Positions 8,521 through 15,722 of a stretch of DNA of 17,425 nt are shown piece after piece (the stretch's first letter is position 1; each line of letters opens with the position of its first letter). Under the pieces are notes generated by a model. It did not search any database and was not told where the DNA came from. It worked only from the letters and a program-made list of their open reading frames with translations. This DNA is from Candidatus Krumholzibacteriota bacterium (GTDB lineage: Bacteria; Krumholzibacteriota; Krumholzibacteriia; LZORAL124-64-63), in contig JBDLKA010000079.1 in the NCBI GenBank assembly GCA_039714075.1, forward strand, positions 1-17,425, read 5' to 3'. Both the position numbers and the translations under genes were made by a program.

Positions 8521-9671
8521 ATCCTCACCAAGCAGGTGCCCGCATTGTCATTCTTGCCCTGGCTCTTTCGGTGGGATTGCTCGTTGCAGGTTGCGGAGAA
8601 AAGATAGCCATTCCCGTGCCTTCCGGGGATTTTTCGGTCAATAGATACATTATCAGCGACACTTTTCAAATTGATGGATCCGCCATTCAGATGACCCAGG
8701 CGCGGGGGCTCTTGTATGTCCTGCATGAGGATCTCCTGACCAAACGCGATACCAAATTCGAAATTATCGAGCAAGTGCCAGGCTTGCTCGATCCCTTGGC
8801 TTTGTGTGTGGATGAGCAGGGTGATTTCATTTTTGTCTGGGAGAATGGGGCCCAGCGGGTCACCTGGTTCGATGCAGGATCCCTGGATATGATCGGCTCG
8901 ACGAGTCTTCCGGATGTTCAGACTGCGGTGTCCTTGGCAACCAACCAGGCGGGGATCGACCAGGTCCCGGGCGGACGAACCTTCATCTATCTCTCCGATC
9001 CCCTGACCGGTGTCATTCATCGATATTCGTTCAATGAATCCAGCGGTTTGGAGCCGTACGGAATTCTGGCCCGTTCCGGGGGTGCGGGGGCCAGGTTCGT
9101 CAATGACCCCGCGGGCTTGGCTTCAGACTTCGATGGTAGGCTGTTGGTTTGCGATATTGAGGTGCCTCGAAACTGGGTCATTCGTTTCGACAGTACGCCG
9201 GATCAGACCGACACGGCCATCGATCCGAACGATCCCGATCCGATGCGCGGCCTGGCGGTTCTTTTCGACGAGGCCACCTGCGAACCTCCTGCGGCAACCG
9301 ATTTCGTTTTAGGAAATGCCGCCGAATGCGAGGAATCCACTTGGGAGGGTGGGCCCAGCGACGAAGTCGGCGAATTCGACAGACCCCTGGGTGTTGCGGT
9401 GGACGGGATCGGGAGGATTTTTATCGCCGATACGGGAAACAGCCGCATCCAGATGTTTACCCCGCAGGGGGAATATGATCTTCAGTTCGTGGCCAGCGAC
9501 ACCCTGAGCGGCCCGACTTCCCTGGCTGTATTTGACGAGGACGGCAAACAGCCCAATACACTCAATTATGGAGCCTTCGTTTTCGCGTCGTATGTAGACC
9601 GGGACATCGTGGTGAAATTCATCTCCCTGGAGCACTACTATTCCCTGAACGATGATCCTCCTCCGGAATAA
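8517..9671 (+). CDS. NHL-repeat (beta-propeller) lipoprotein
   Basis: Lipobox LVAGC. NHL repeats GEFDRPLGVAVDGIGRIFIADTGNSRIQMF and RFVNDPAGLASDFDGRLLVCD. ATGA overlap with the PorV gene. Confidence 0.8.
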   Translation: MNPHQAGARIVILALALSVGLLVAGCGEKIAIPVPSGDFSVNRYIISDTFQIDGSAIQMTQARGLLYVLHEDLLTKRDTKFEIIEQVPGLLDPLALCVDEQGDFIFVWENGAQRVTWFDAGSLDMIGSTSLPDVQTAVSLATNQAGIDQVPGGRTFIYLSDPLTGVIHRYSFNESSGLEPYGILARSGGAGARFVNDPAGLASDFDGRLLVCDIEVPRNWVIRFDSTPDQTDTAIDPNDPDPMRGLAVLFDEATCEPPAATDFVLGNAAECEESTWEGGPSDEVGEFDRPLGVAVDGIGRIFIADTGNSRIQMFTPQGEYDLQFVASDTLSGPTSLAVFDEDGKQPNTLNYGAFVFASYVDRDIVVKFISLEHYYSLNDDPPPE

Positions 9672-10378
9672 TGATGGTCACGAATGACTCTTGGGCCGAT
9701 CCCTGGCGAGGGTTTTGGCTTCTCGCCGCGCCTCTGGCGGTGGTCGCCGGGCTATTGCTGTTCCACAACGTCTTTGCCGTTTTCGCAATCTACCATCTTG
9801 GTTTCTGTCTCATCCTTCCAACCGTCCATAATCTACACCGTCGGCGTTTTTCGCTTGCCCGACATTTGGAACATCTGGGCCTGACCGGTTCGGACATGGC
9901 CAGGGGACTGGTGTATGGTTTCATGCTGGCAGTGCTCCTTGCGGGCGGCACCGTCCTGGCTTTCCGCTGGTTCGGCGACCTTTTCCTGGCCGACCAAAAT
10001 GTTCCGGCTGTTCTGGCCGACTGGGGAGTGAACCAGGCAAACCTGCGGATACTCTTCTGGTTCATGGTCCTGGCCAACGGTCCGGCCGAGGAACTCTACT
10101 GGCGCGGATTCGTCCACACCGAACTGTCCGCGCAGCAGCCTCGTTTCGGAACAATCCTCCTGACCGCCACCTGCTACGCCAGCTACCACGGCGTAACCGT
10201 CTACCTCCTGATCGCCAACCTGCCAGTCGCCCTCCTCTTCATGGCCGCTATCCTCGCCGCGGGCCTCGGCTGGGGCTACCTGCGCGAAAAAACCGGCTCG
10301 GTCTGGCCCGCCCTGCTGGGCCACGCCGGAGCGGTCATCGGCTACATGGTGGTGGCGCGTCCACTGATGGGCATGTGA
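9671..10378 (+). CDS. CPBP-family (CAAX/Rce1/Abi-like) intramembrane glutamic endopeptidase
   Basis: Several TM helices. Motifs EELYWRG (EExxxR), YASYH (FxxxH-like) and TGSVWPALLGHAGAV (motif-4 His present; the usual Asn of HxxxN is absent). TAATG overlap. Confidence 0.88.
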   Translation: MMVTNDSWADPWRGFWLLAAPLAVVAGLLLFHNVFAVFAIYHLGFCLILPTVHNLHRRRFSLARHLEHLGLTGSDMARGLVYGFMLAVLLAGGTVLAFRWFGDLFLADQNVPAVLADWGVNQANLRILFWFMVLANGPAEELYWRGFVHTELSAQQPRFGTILLTATCYASYHGVTVYLLIANLPVALLFMAAILAAGLGWGYLREKTGSVWPALLGHAGAVIGYMVVARPLMGM

Positions 10379-10382
10379 CGCC

Positions 10383-10403
10383 TCGGTTGATTTCAACAAC
10401 CGA
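10383..10403 (+). other. Perfect 7-bp stem-loop just after the CPBP stop
   Basis: TCGGTTG (10383-10389), loop ATTTCAA, CAACCGA (10397-10403). No U-tract, so it is not a canonical intrinsic terminator. Confidence 0.45.
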
Positions 10404-10407
10404 AAGC

Positions 10408-10437
10408 TTGCCCAAACCCGTCCCCATGACCCATAAT
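10408..10437 (+). promoter_or_regulatory. Sigma70-like promoter for the ARH-dNK-ADA-PNP unit
   Basis: TTGCCC at 10408-10413, 18-nt spacer, CATAAT at 10432-10437. Strong SD AAGGAGG at 10463-10469. Confidence 0.5.
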
Positions 10438-10476
10438 CATCCACCACCAACGCCACCTTATGAAGGAGGGGAACCC

Positions 10477-11250
10477 ATGCTGGGAGCCATCGCCGGGGAC
10501 ATCATCGGATCGACCCACGAATTCTGCCCCGTCAAGACCGTGGATTTCCCTCTCTTCACCGAGGCCAGCAAGTTCACCGACGACACTGTACTGACCATCG
10601 CCACGGCCTTTTCCCTGCTGACCGACGGCGACTATGCGGAAAACTACCGGATCTTCGGCCGGCTCTATCCGCTGGCCGGATACGGCAAGGGCTTCAAGGA
10701 ATGGTTGCACGGTAAGGAAGGCAAACCCTACGGCAGCTGGGGCAACGGCTCGGCCATGCGCGTGGGGCCGGTGGGGTTCGCCTTCGACACTGAGGACGAG
10801 GTCCTGAGCGAAGCCGAAAAGTCGGCCGCCGTGACCCACGATCATCCCGAGGGCATCAAGGGTGCCCAGGCGGTGGCACTGGGAATATTTTTGGCGCGTC
10901 AGGGGGCCGAACCGGAGCTGATCAAAAAAGAGATCACGGAACGCTTCGGCTACGATCTCGACCGCACGGTGAAGTCCATCCGCCCCGACTACGCCTTCGA
11001 CGTGTCCTGCCAGGGGTCGGTGCCCGAGGCGATCATCTGTTTCCTGGAAAGCGAAAACTGGGAACAGGCGGTGCGTCTGGCCGTCTCCCTGGGCGGCGAC
11101 GCCGACACGCAGGCCTGCATGGCCGGCGCCATGGCCCAGGCGCGGTACGGTAACGTGCCCGGTGAAATCGAGCTGGCCACGCGCCGAATGTTGCCCGAGC
11201 ATCTGCTCGAGGTGGTCGAGGATTTCGAAAACAAGTACATGGCCGACTGA
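10477..11250 (+). CDS. ADP-ribosylglycohydrolase family protein (DraG/ARH-like)
   Basis: MLGAIAGDIIGS, FTDDT, SWGNGSAMR, VTHDHPEG and GGDADT metal-binding motifs. ATG at 10477 follows AAGGAGG; the ORF-track start at 10375 is likely too early. Confidence 0.93.
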   Translation: MLGAIAGDIIGSTHEFCPVKTVDFPLFTEASKFTDDTVLTIATAFSLLTDGDYAENYRIFGRLYPLAGYGKGFKEWLHGKEGKPYGSWGNGSAMRVGPVGFAFDTEDEVLSEAEKSAAVTHDHPEGIKGAQAVALGIFLARQGAEPELIKKEITERFGYDLDRTVKSIRPDYAFDVSCQGSVPEAIICFLESENWEQAVRLAVSLGGDADTQACMAGAMAQARYGNVPGEIELATRRMLPEHLLEVVEDFENKYMAD

Positions 11251-11265
11251 AGCGGAGAACCGATC

Positions 11266-11955
11266 GTGAGCATTGGAACCCTGAAGAGAAAATTCCCCAA
11301 GAAGGATTGTCCCAGCACGCCTTTTTTCGTGTCGATCGCGGGAAATATCGGCGTGGGCAAGAGCATGATCACGACCATGATCGGCGAGGTGTTCGGTTGG
11401 CAGATGCATTTCGAGCCGGTCATCAACAATCCCTACCTGGACGACTACTACAAGGACATGAACCGGTGGAGTTTCCATCTGCAGGTCTATTTCCTGAGCA
11501 AGCGGTTCGAGGTGCAGAAGCTCATCCTGGATCACAAGGGTTCGGCCGTGCAGGACCGCACCATCTACGAGGACGTCGAGATCTTCGCGCCCACTCTGCA
11601 CCGGCGCGGCTGCATGGACGACCGTGACTACGAGAACTACCGGGAAGTATTCCGCAACATGGTGGCCTTTTTGCAGCCACCCGATTTGATCGTCTACCTG
11701 AAGTGCCGGCCGGAAACGGCGCTGGAACGAATCAAGCAGCGCGGGCGGGGCTGCGAGTCGGACATCCCCCTGGATTTCCTGCAGGACCTGCACCTGGCCT
11801 ACGAAGACTGGATCGAACGCGCCCCGGCTCTTTGTCCGGTGCGCACCATCGACACCGAGAAGATCAATCTGCGGGACGACTTCCAGGCCCAGGAAGAACT
11901 GCTGCGTACCATCAGGGAATTTCACCTCGAAAAGCACGAACGAAACGGCGGCTGA
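11266..11955 (+). CDS. Deoxynucleoside kinase (dAK/dCK-like)
   Basis: P-loop IAGNIGVGKS, then EP, WSFHLQVYFLSKRF, DRTIYED, PPDLIVYL and lid RGRxxE. GTG start with upstream GGAG. Confidence 0.93.
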   Translation: MSIGTLKRKFPKKDCPSTPFFVSIAGNIGVGKSMITTMIGEVFGWQMHFEPVINNPYLDDYYKDMNRWSFHLQVYFLSKRFEVQKLILDHKGSAVQDRTIYEDVEIFAPTLHRRGCMDDRDYENYREVFRNMVAFLQPPDLIVYLKCRPETALERIKQRGRGCESDIPLDFLQDLHLAYEDWIERAPALCPVRTIDTEKINLRDDFQAQEELLRTIREFHLEKHERNGG

Positions 11956-11958
11956 AAC

Positions 11959-13065
11959 TTGAAAACCGGTGACTACAGGCCGAGCGATCTTCTACGCGGC
12001 CCCGACATATCCGACGATCTGCTGAAGGCGCTGCCGAAGACGGATCTGCACTGCCATCTGGACGGATCCCTGCGCCTGGAAACGTTCATGGAGCTCGGCC
12101 GCGCCGCGGGGATGGACATGCCCGCGGAACCCGACGAGGTGCGGGCACGATATTTCCCCGCCGACCGCGAGTGTGTGAGCCAAGAATTCCTCAAGCATTT
12201 CGACCACACCGCGGCCGTGCTGCAGACCGAAGAAAATCTGGTTCGTGTGTCGCGTGAACTGGCCGAGGATTTTTCCGAACTGGGCGTCTGGTACCTTGAG
12301 GTCCGGTTCTGTCCCTTGATGCACACGCAGCAGGATCTGACACCCGACCAGGCCGTCGCCGCGGTCCGGCGCGGTCTGGATGAGGCGGACACTTCGGACC
12401 CTTTCCGGTCGGGAATCATCATTACCGGCCTGCGGACCATCGAATCGTCCAAAAACCTTGAACTGGCGAAGTTGGCGGTGGACTGGAAGGGCCGCGGGGT
12501 GGTGGCCTTCGATCTCGCTGGGGCCGAGCTGGATTTTCCCGCCAAGAACCACCTGGCAGCCTTCTACCATGTGATGAACCACAACCAGAACGTCACCGTC
12601 CACGCGGGTGAGGGTTACGGTCCGGGCTCCATCCATCAGGCCCTCCACCGTTGCGGCGCCAACCGCATCGGTCACGGAACGCGCCTGGAAGAGGATCCCG
12701 ACCTGATGGCCTACGTGGCCAACAACCGGGTGCCTTTGGAAATCTGCCTGAGCAGCAACCTGCAAAGCTGCGTGGTGGACGACCTGGCGCGGCATCCCTT
12801 CCGCTTTTACCTGAAAGAGGGCTTGCGGGTCTGCCTGAATACGGACAACACCCTGTTTGCCCGGACCTCGCCCCTGCGCGAACTCAGGCTGGCCGTCGAT
12901 ACTTTCGACCTCACCCTGCTGGAAACCGAAAACCTGATCATCAACGGTTTCAAGAGCGCGTTTTTGCCGGAGAAGGCCAAGGGGGACATGGTCCACGAAG
13001 CACTCGAGACCTTTGCTTCATTGCGCGATCGCTTCTGTGACGACGAGCCAAAGGTGGGCCCGTGA
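11959..13065 (+). CDS. add: Adenosine deaminase
   Basis: LPKTDLHCHLDGS, YLEVRFCP, FDLAGAE, TVHAGE, RIGHG, LEICLSSN and NTDN motifs. TTG start; exact start uncertain. Confidence 0.92.
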   Translation: MKTGDYRPSDLLRGPDISDDLLKALPKTDLHCHLDGSLRLETFMELGRAAGMDMPAEPDEVRARYFPADRECVSQEFLKHFDHTAAVLQTEENLVRVSRELAEDFSELGVWYLEVRFCPLMHTQQDLTPDQAVAAVRRGLDEADTSDPFRSGIIITGLRTIESSKNLELAKLAVDWKGRGVVAFDLAGAELDFPAKNHLAAFYHVMNHNQNVTVHAGEGYGPGSIHQALHRCGANRIGHGTRLEEDPDLMAYVANNRVPLEICLSSNLQSCVVDDLARHPFRFYLKEGLRVCLNTDNTLFARTSPLRELRLAVDTFDLTLLETENLIINGFKSAFLPEKAKGDMVHEALETFASLRDRFCDDEPKVGP

Positions 13066-13955
13066 TGAAGGATCGCCTGGACATCCTGTCGGACCGGTGG
13101 CGTGACCGGGTGGCCGAGTCCGTCACTTTCCTGGATGATAGGGGATTCGGCGGCAAGGTGGGTCTGGTCCTGGGCAGCGGGCTGGGCAACTTCGTCGACG
13201 CGGTCGATGACGCCCAGGCCGTCGACTACGGGGAGATTCCCGGCTACACCACGACCTCCGTGGCCGAGCACACCGGCCGTCTGGTCTGCGGTACGGCCGC
13301 CGGGGTGCCGGTGGTCGTCATGCAGGGCCGTTTGCATCCCTACGAAGGACTTCCCTTCGACGAACTGCTGCTGCCGACCGCGGTTTTGGCCTGTCTGGGC
13401 ATCGATTCCGCCGTCGTGACCAACGCCGCGGGCGGATTGAACCGGTACTACATGCCTGGCGACCTGATGGTGATCCGCGACCAGATCGACATGCACTTCC
13501 ACGATGCTCTGCGCGGGTTGCTGACCCAGCCCTTTGCTCCGGCTGCCGGGGCCGACGAAAAAACCGCGGCCGCCCTGGCCGAGGTGGGCCGCAGTGGGGG
13601 CGTGCCCGACCTTTTCGATCCCGAACTGGCCCGCAAACTGGTGGCCGCCGCCGCCGAAACCGGCGTGCCCATGCACAGCGGCACCTACGCCAGCATGTAC
13701 GGGCCGGCCTACGAGGCCAAAGCCGAGATCGGTATGCTCCGCCGTATTCATTGCGACGCCGTAGGAATGTCCACTGCGCCGGAAACCGTCTTGTTGAAAA
13801 GGATGGGCGTATCCCCGGTGGGGCTGTCCTGCATCACCAATCCCGCACGCGAAACCGGGCAGCCGGAGTTGTCGCACCAGGACGTGGTCGAGGTGGGGAA
13901 GATGGTGCGCGATCGGATGGCGCGGTTGCTGTTGGCGTTTCTGCCGAAGGTTTGA
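13062..13955 (+). CDS. punA: Purine nucleoside phosphorylase, trimeric PunA/XapA type
   Basis: LVLGSGLG, MQGRLHPYEG, TNAAGGLN, GPAYE, DAVGMST and SCITN motifs. Start overlaps the add stop (GTGATG). Confidence 0.9.
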   Translation: MMKDRLDILSDRWRDRVAESVTFLDDRGFGGKVGLVLGSGLGNFVDAVDDAQAVDYGEIPGYTTTSVAEHTGRLVCGTAAGVPVVVMQGRLHPYEGLPFDELLLPTAVLACLGIDSAVVTNAAGGLNRYYMPGDLMVIRDQIDMHFHDALRGLLTQPFAPAAGADEKTAAALAEVGRSGGVPDLFDPELARKLVAAAAETGVPMHSGTYASMYGPAYEAKAEIGMLRRIHCDAVGMSTAPETVLLKRMGVSPVGLSCITNPARETGQPELSHQDVVEVGKMVRDRMARLLLAFLPKV

Positions 13956-14073
13956 AGGATTTTCCATTTTCCGGAACTTGTTTTCCCCGACTGGTTATCA
14001 CCCCGGTAACCTGTTGCACCCCTGTTAAATATAGATATCGGATTTTTTGGACTCGAAATGAGGGGGAAACTCC

Positions 14074-15423
14074 ATGCATCTTACTAATGCTGCCCGGCTG
14101 ATGCTGGGCGTCCTGCCTGCCTTGATCTTTTTCACCAATTCCAGCGAAGCCCAGACCTCCATCGGGTTCGAAGACCCGGGGGACAACGACAACATCCTGG
14201 ACTATCGCCTGCCGGACTGGGCGTATCGCACCTGGGTTTTGTCCGGAGAACTGGATGGAGGCGGTCACGACAGTACTGTGGATGAGACGGCGCATTCGGG
14301 AAACAGTCTCAAATCAAACCTGAAAACCCAATTCACATCATGGCGTAGCAGCGAACAAAGATTGTTCCGTTTTGAAGCTGATGCGGGCGGGTCCTACTCC
14401 CGCAGACATTCCGGTGAAGGGTATTCCGAGGAAAAGAACCGGAGTCTGAACGGGAGCTACTCGGTAAACACCGTGTATCGGCATTACTTTGGCAAGGGGC
14501 CCGTTTCGCTGGGAGCCCAGGGAATCCTCCGCAAGAGATACTCGGAATACGACAGGTACTCCAGAACCGGGGAAGAGGTTATAGAAGATTCTGAATTAGC
14601 GAGGGAAAATTACCACTCGGTCCATCTCAGCACGGGAGTGGGACGGATCAGGGATGTGACTCCTTTGATTCGCGCCCAACGATTGAATGAGAGGCTGGCC
14701 CAGCTGGGCCGCGACAGGCTGACGGATGTCCAGGTCCGCGAACTTGCCCGTGTTCTAGCCACCGAACACGGATATCGCATCGTTTTCGACAGGCCTGAAA
14801 AGAGTTTTTGGCGGGATGTCCTTGAGCCGATGCTGGGGGAAGGCGGGGGTCTGAGCACTTACGAAATCTATTACCTGAAGGACATCATGGAAGAGGACAT
14901 CGGGCCGAGATCCCAGGGTCTGGCCCTGACGGCCGGGTTAAATTATCGGGAAAACATCAGCGAGAACCCTGAAAGGGAAAAATATTCGTCACGCAGCCGA
15001 TCCCTCAGCGCGTACTTCGGGTGGTTCCATAATCCATCCCTGAACCAGCAGATCGGGACTTCCTTAAGGGGCGTCTACCGTTTTTCCAATTGGAGAACCC
15101 AACAGGGGGATGACCGATACGTCACGGGTTCATTGAGGCATCTTTGGACAATTGCTGACCGCTACCGGTGGGACAATAGGCTGAGTGCCGTTTGGGATTA
15201 TCACAAATCCACGAACCAGCAAGAGGAAAACAAGTCCAGGAGTTTCAGGGCGTCGTTCCTTTCCCAATTCAAGATCTTCCTGGAGGATTCGATGGCTTTG
15301 GTTGCCAAGGTGAACGTTGGCAACATGGACCTGGATCCCGGGTATGAGCACCCTTCACGGAAGGGATGGAATTGGAGTTACGGCCTCGGGGTCGAATACT
15401 ACCTGGACCGTTTCCTGTACTAG
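14074..15423 (+). CDS. Hypothetical exported protein, probable outer-membrane beta-barrel with a helical insertion
   Basis: GAGGGGG SD. Signal peptide ending SEA|Q. Alternating amphipathic strands rich in Y/S/G/R. Helical middle (GRIRDVTPLIRAQRLNERL...). C-terminal strand WSYGLGVEYY. Confidence 0.65.
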   Translation: MHLTNAARLMLGVLPALIFFTNSSEAQTSIGFEDPGDNDNILDYRLPDWAYRTWVLSGELDGGGHDSTVDETAHSGNSLKSNLKTQFTSWRSSEQRLFRFEADAGGSYSRRHSGEGYSEEKNRSLNGSYSVNTVYRHYFGKGPVSLGAQGILRKRYSEYDRYSRTGEEVIEDSELARENYHSVHLSTGVGRIRDVTPLIRAQRLNERLAQLGRDRLTDVQVRELARVLATEHGYRIVFDRPEKSFWRDVLEPMLGEGGGLSTYEIYYLKDIMEEDIGPRSQGLALTAGLNYRENISENPEREKYSSRSRSLSAYFGWFHNPSLNQQIGTSLRGVYRFSNWRTQQGDDRYVTGSLRHLWTIADRYRWDNRLSAVWDYHKSTNQQEENKSRSFRASFLSQFKIFLEDSMALVAKVNVGNMDLDPGYEHPSRKGWNWSYGLGVEYYLDRFLY

Positions 15424-15629
15424 CCCCGCGTCATGAAGTCGAAGACATGCCCCAGGGTGCTCTGATCACCCTTGTACAACTCGGTAAACTTGCAGCGCGT
15501 GCAGGTGACGGTCGTGAACCTCTTGGACTGGATATCGAAGATCTTGGTCAAAAAGCCCCCGGTCGCCCGGAATTCACTGCTCTCGAAGGCCGTGTTGCCG
15601 CATTTATCGCATCTGTAACCCTGGGGCAT
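15420..15629 (-). CDS. Small Zn-ribbon protein (DUF2082-like, predicted nucleic-acid binding)
   Basis: CDKCGN...EFRATGGFLTKIFDIQSKRFTTVTCTRCKFTELY with two CxxC pairs. AAAGGA SD spacing favours ATG at 15629 over 15635. Confidence 0.85.
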   Translation of the reverse strand: MPQGYRCDKCGNTAFESSEFRATGGFLTKIFDIQSKRFTTVTCTRCKFTELYKGDQSTLGHVFDFMTRG

Positions 15630-15665
15630 CGCCATTCCTTTCTTCTTATTGAGTGCGGTATTTCC

Positions 15666-15671
15666 TATAAT
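15666..15671 (+). promoter_or_regulatory. Putative -10 element for tpiA
   Basis: Perfect TATAAT in an AT-rich divergent intergenic region, about 50 nt before the tpiA ATG. The -35 match is weak (TTCTTA). Confidence 0.4.
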
Positions 15672-15722
15672 ACACGCAGTAAATCCTGATTATTCACCAT
15701 GGTCAAGATCGAGGAGCCGATC

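Noticed and set aside
10375..10476. Pro/His-rich N-terminal extension of ARH from a GTG overlapping the CPBP stop, which would couple the two operons
   Set aside because: Family homology begins at MLGAIAGD, a strong SD precedes ATG 10477, and a promoter-like element lies within the extension. Not fully excluded.
10393..11937. 514-aa antisense ORF spanning ARH and dNK
   Set aside because: Shadow of strongly GC3-biased sense genes; no recognisable motifs.
9671..11955. Anti-phage defence interpretation (Abi-named protease, ARH, nucleotide kinase)
   Set aside because: The Abi label for CPBP proteases is not evidence of defence, there is no toxin, ART or effector gene, and the enzymes look like ordinary salvage proteins with host-like codon usage.
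11992..13967. Antisense ORFs of 334 and 386 aa over add and punA
   Set aside because: Antisense shadows of well-supported enzyme genes.
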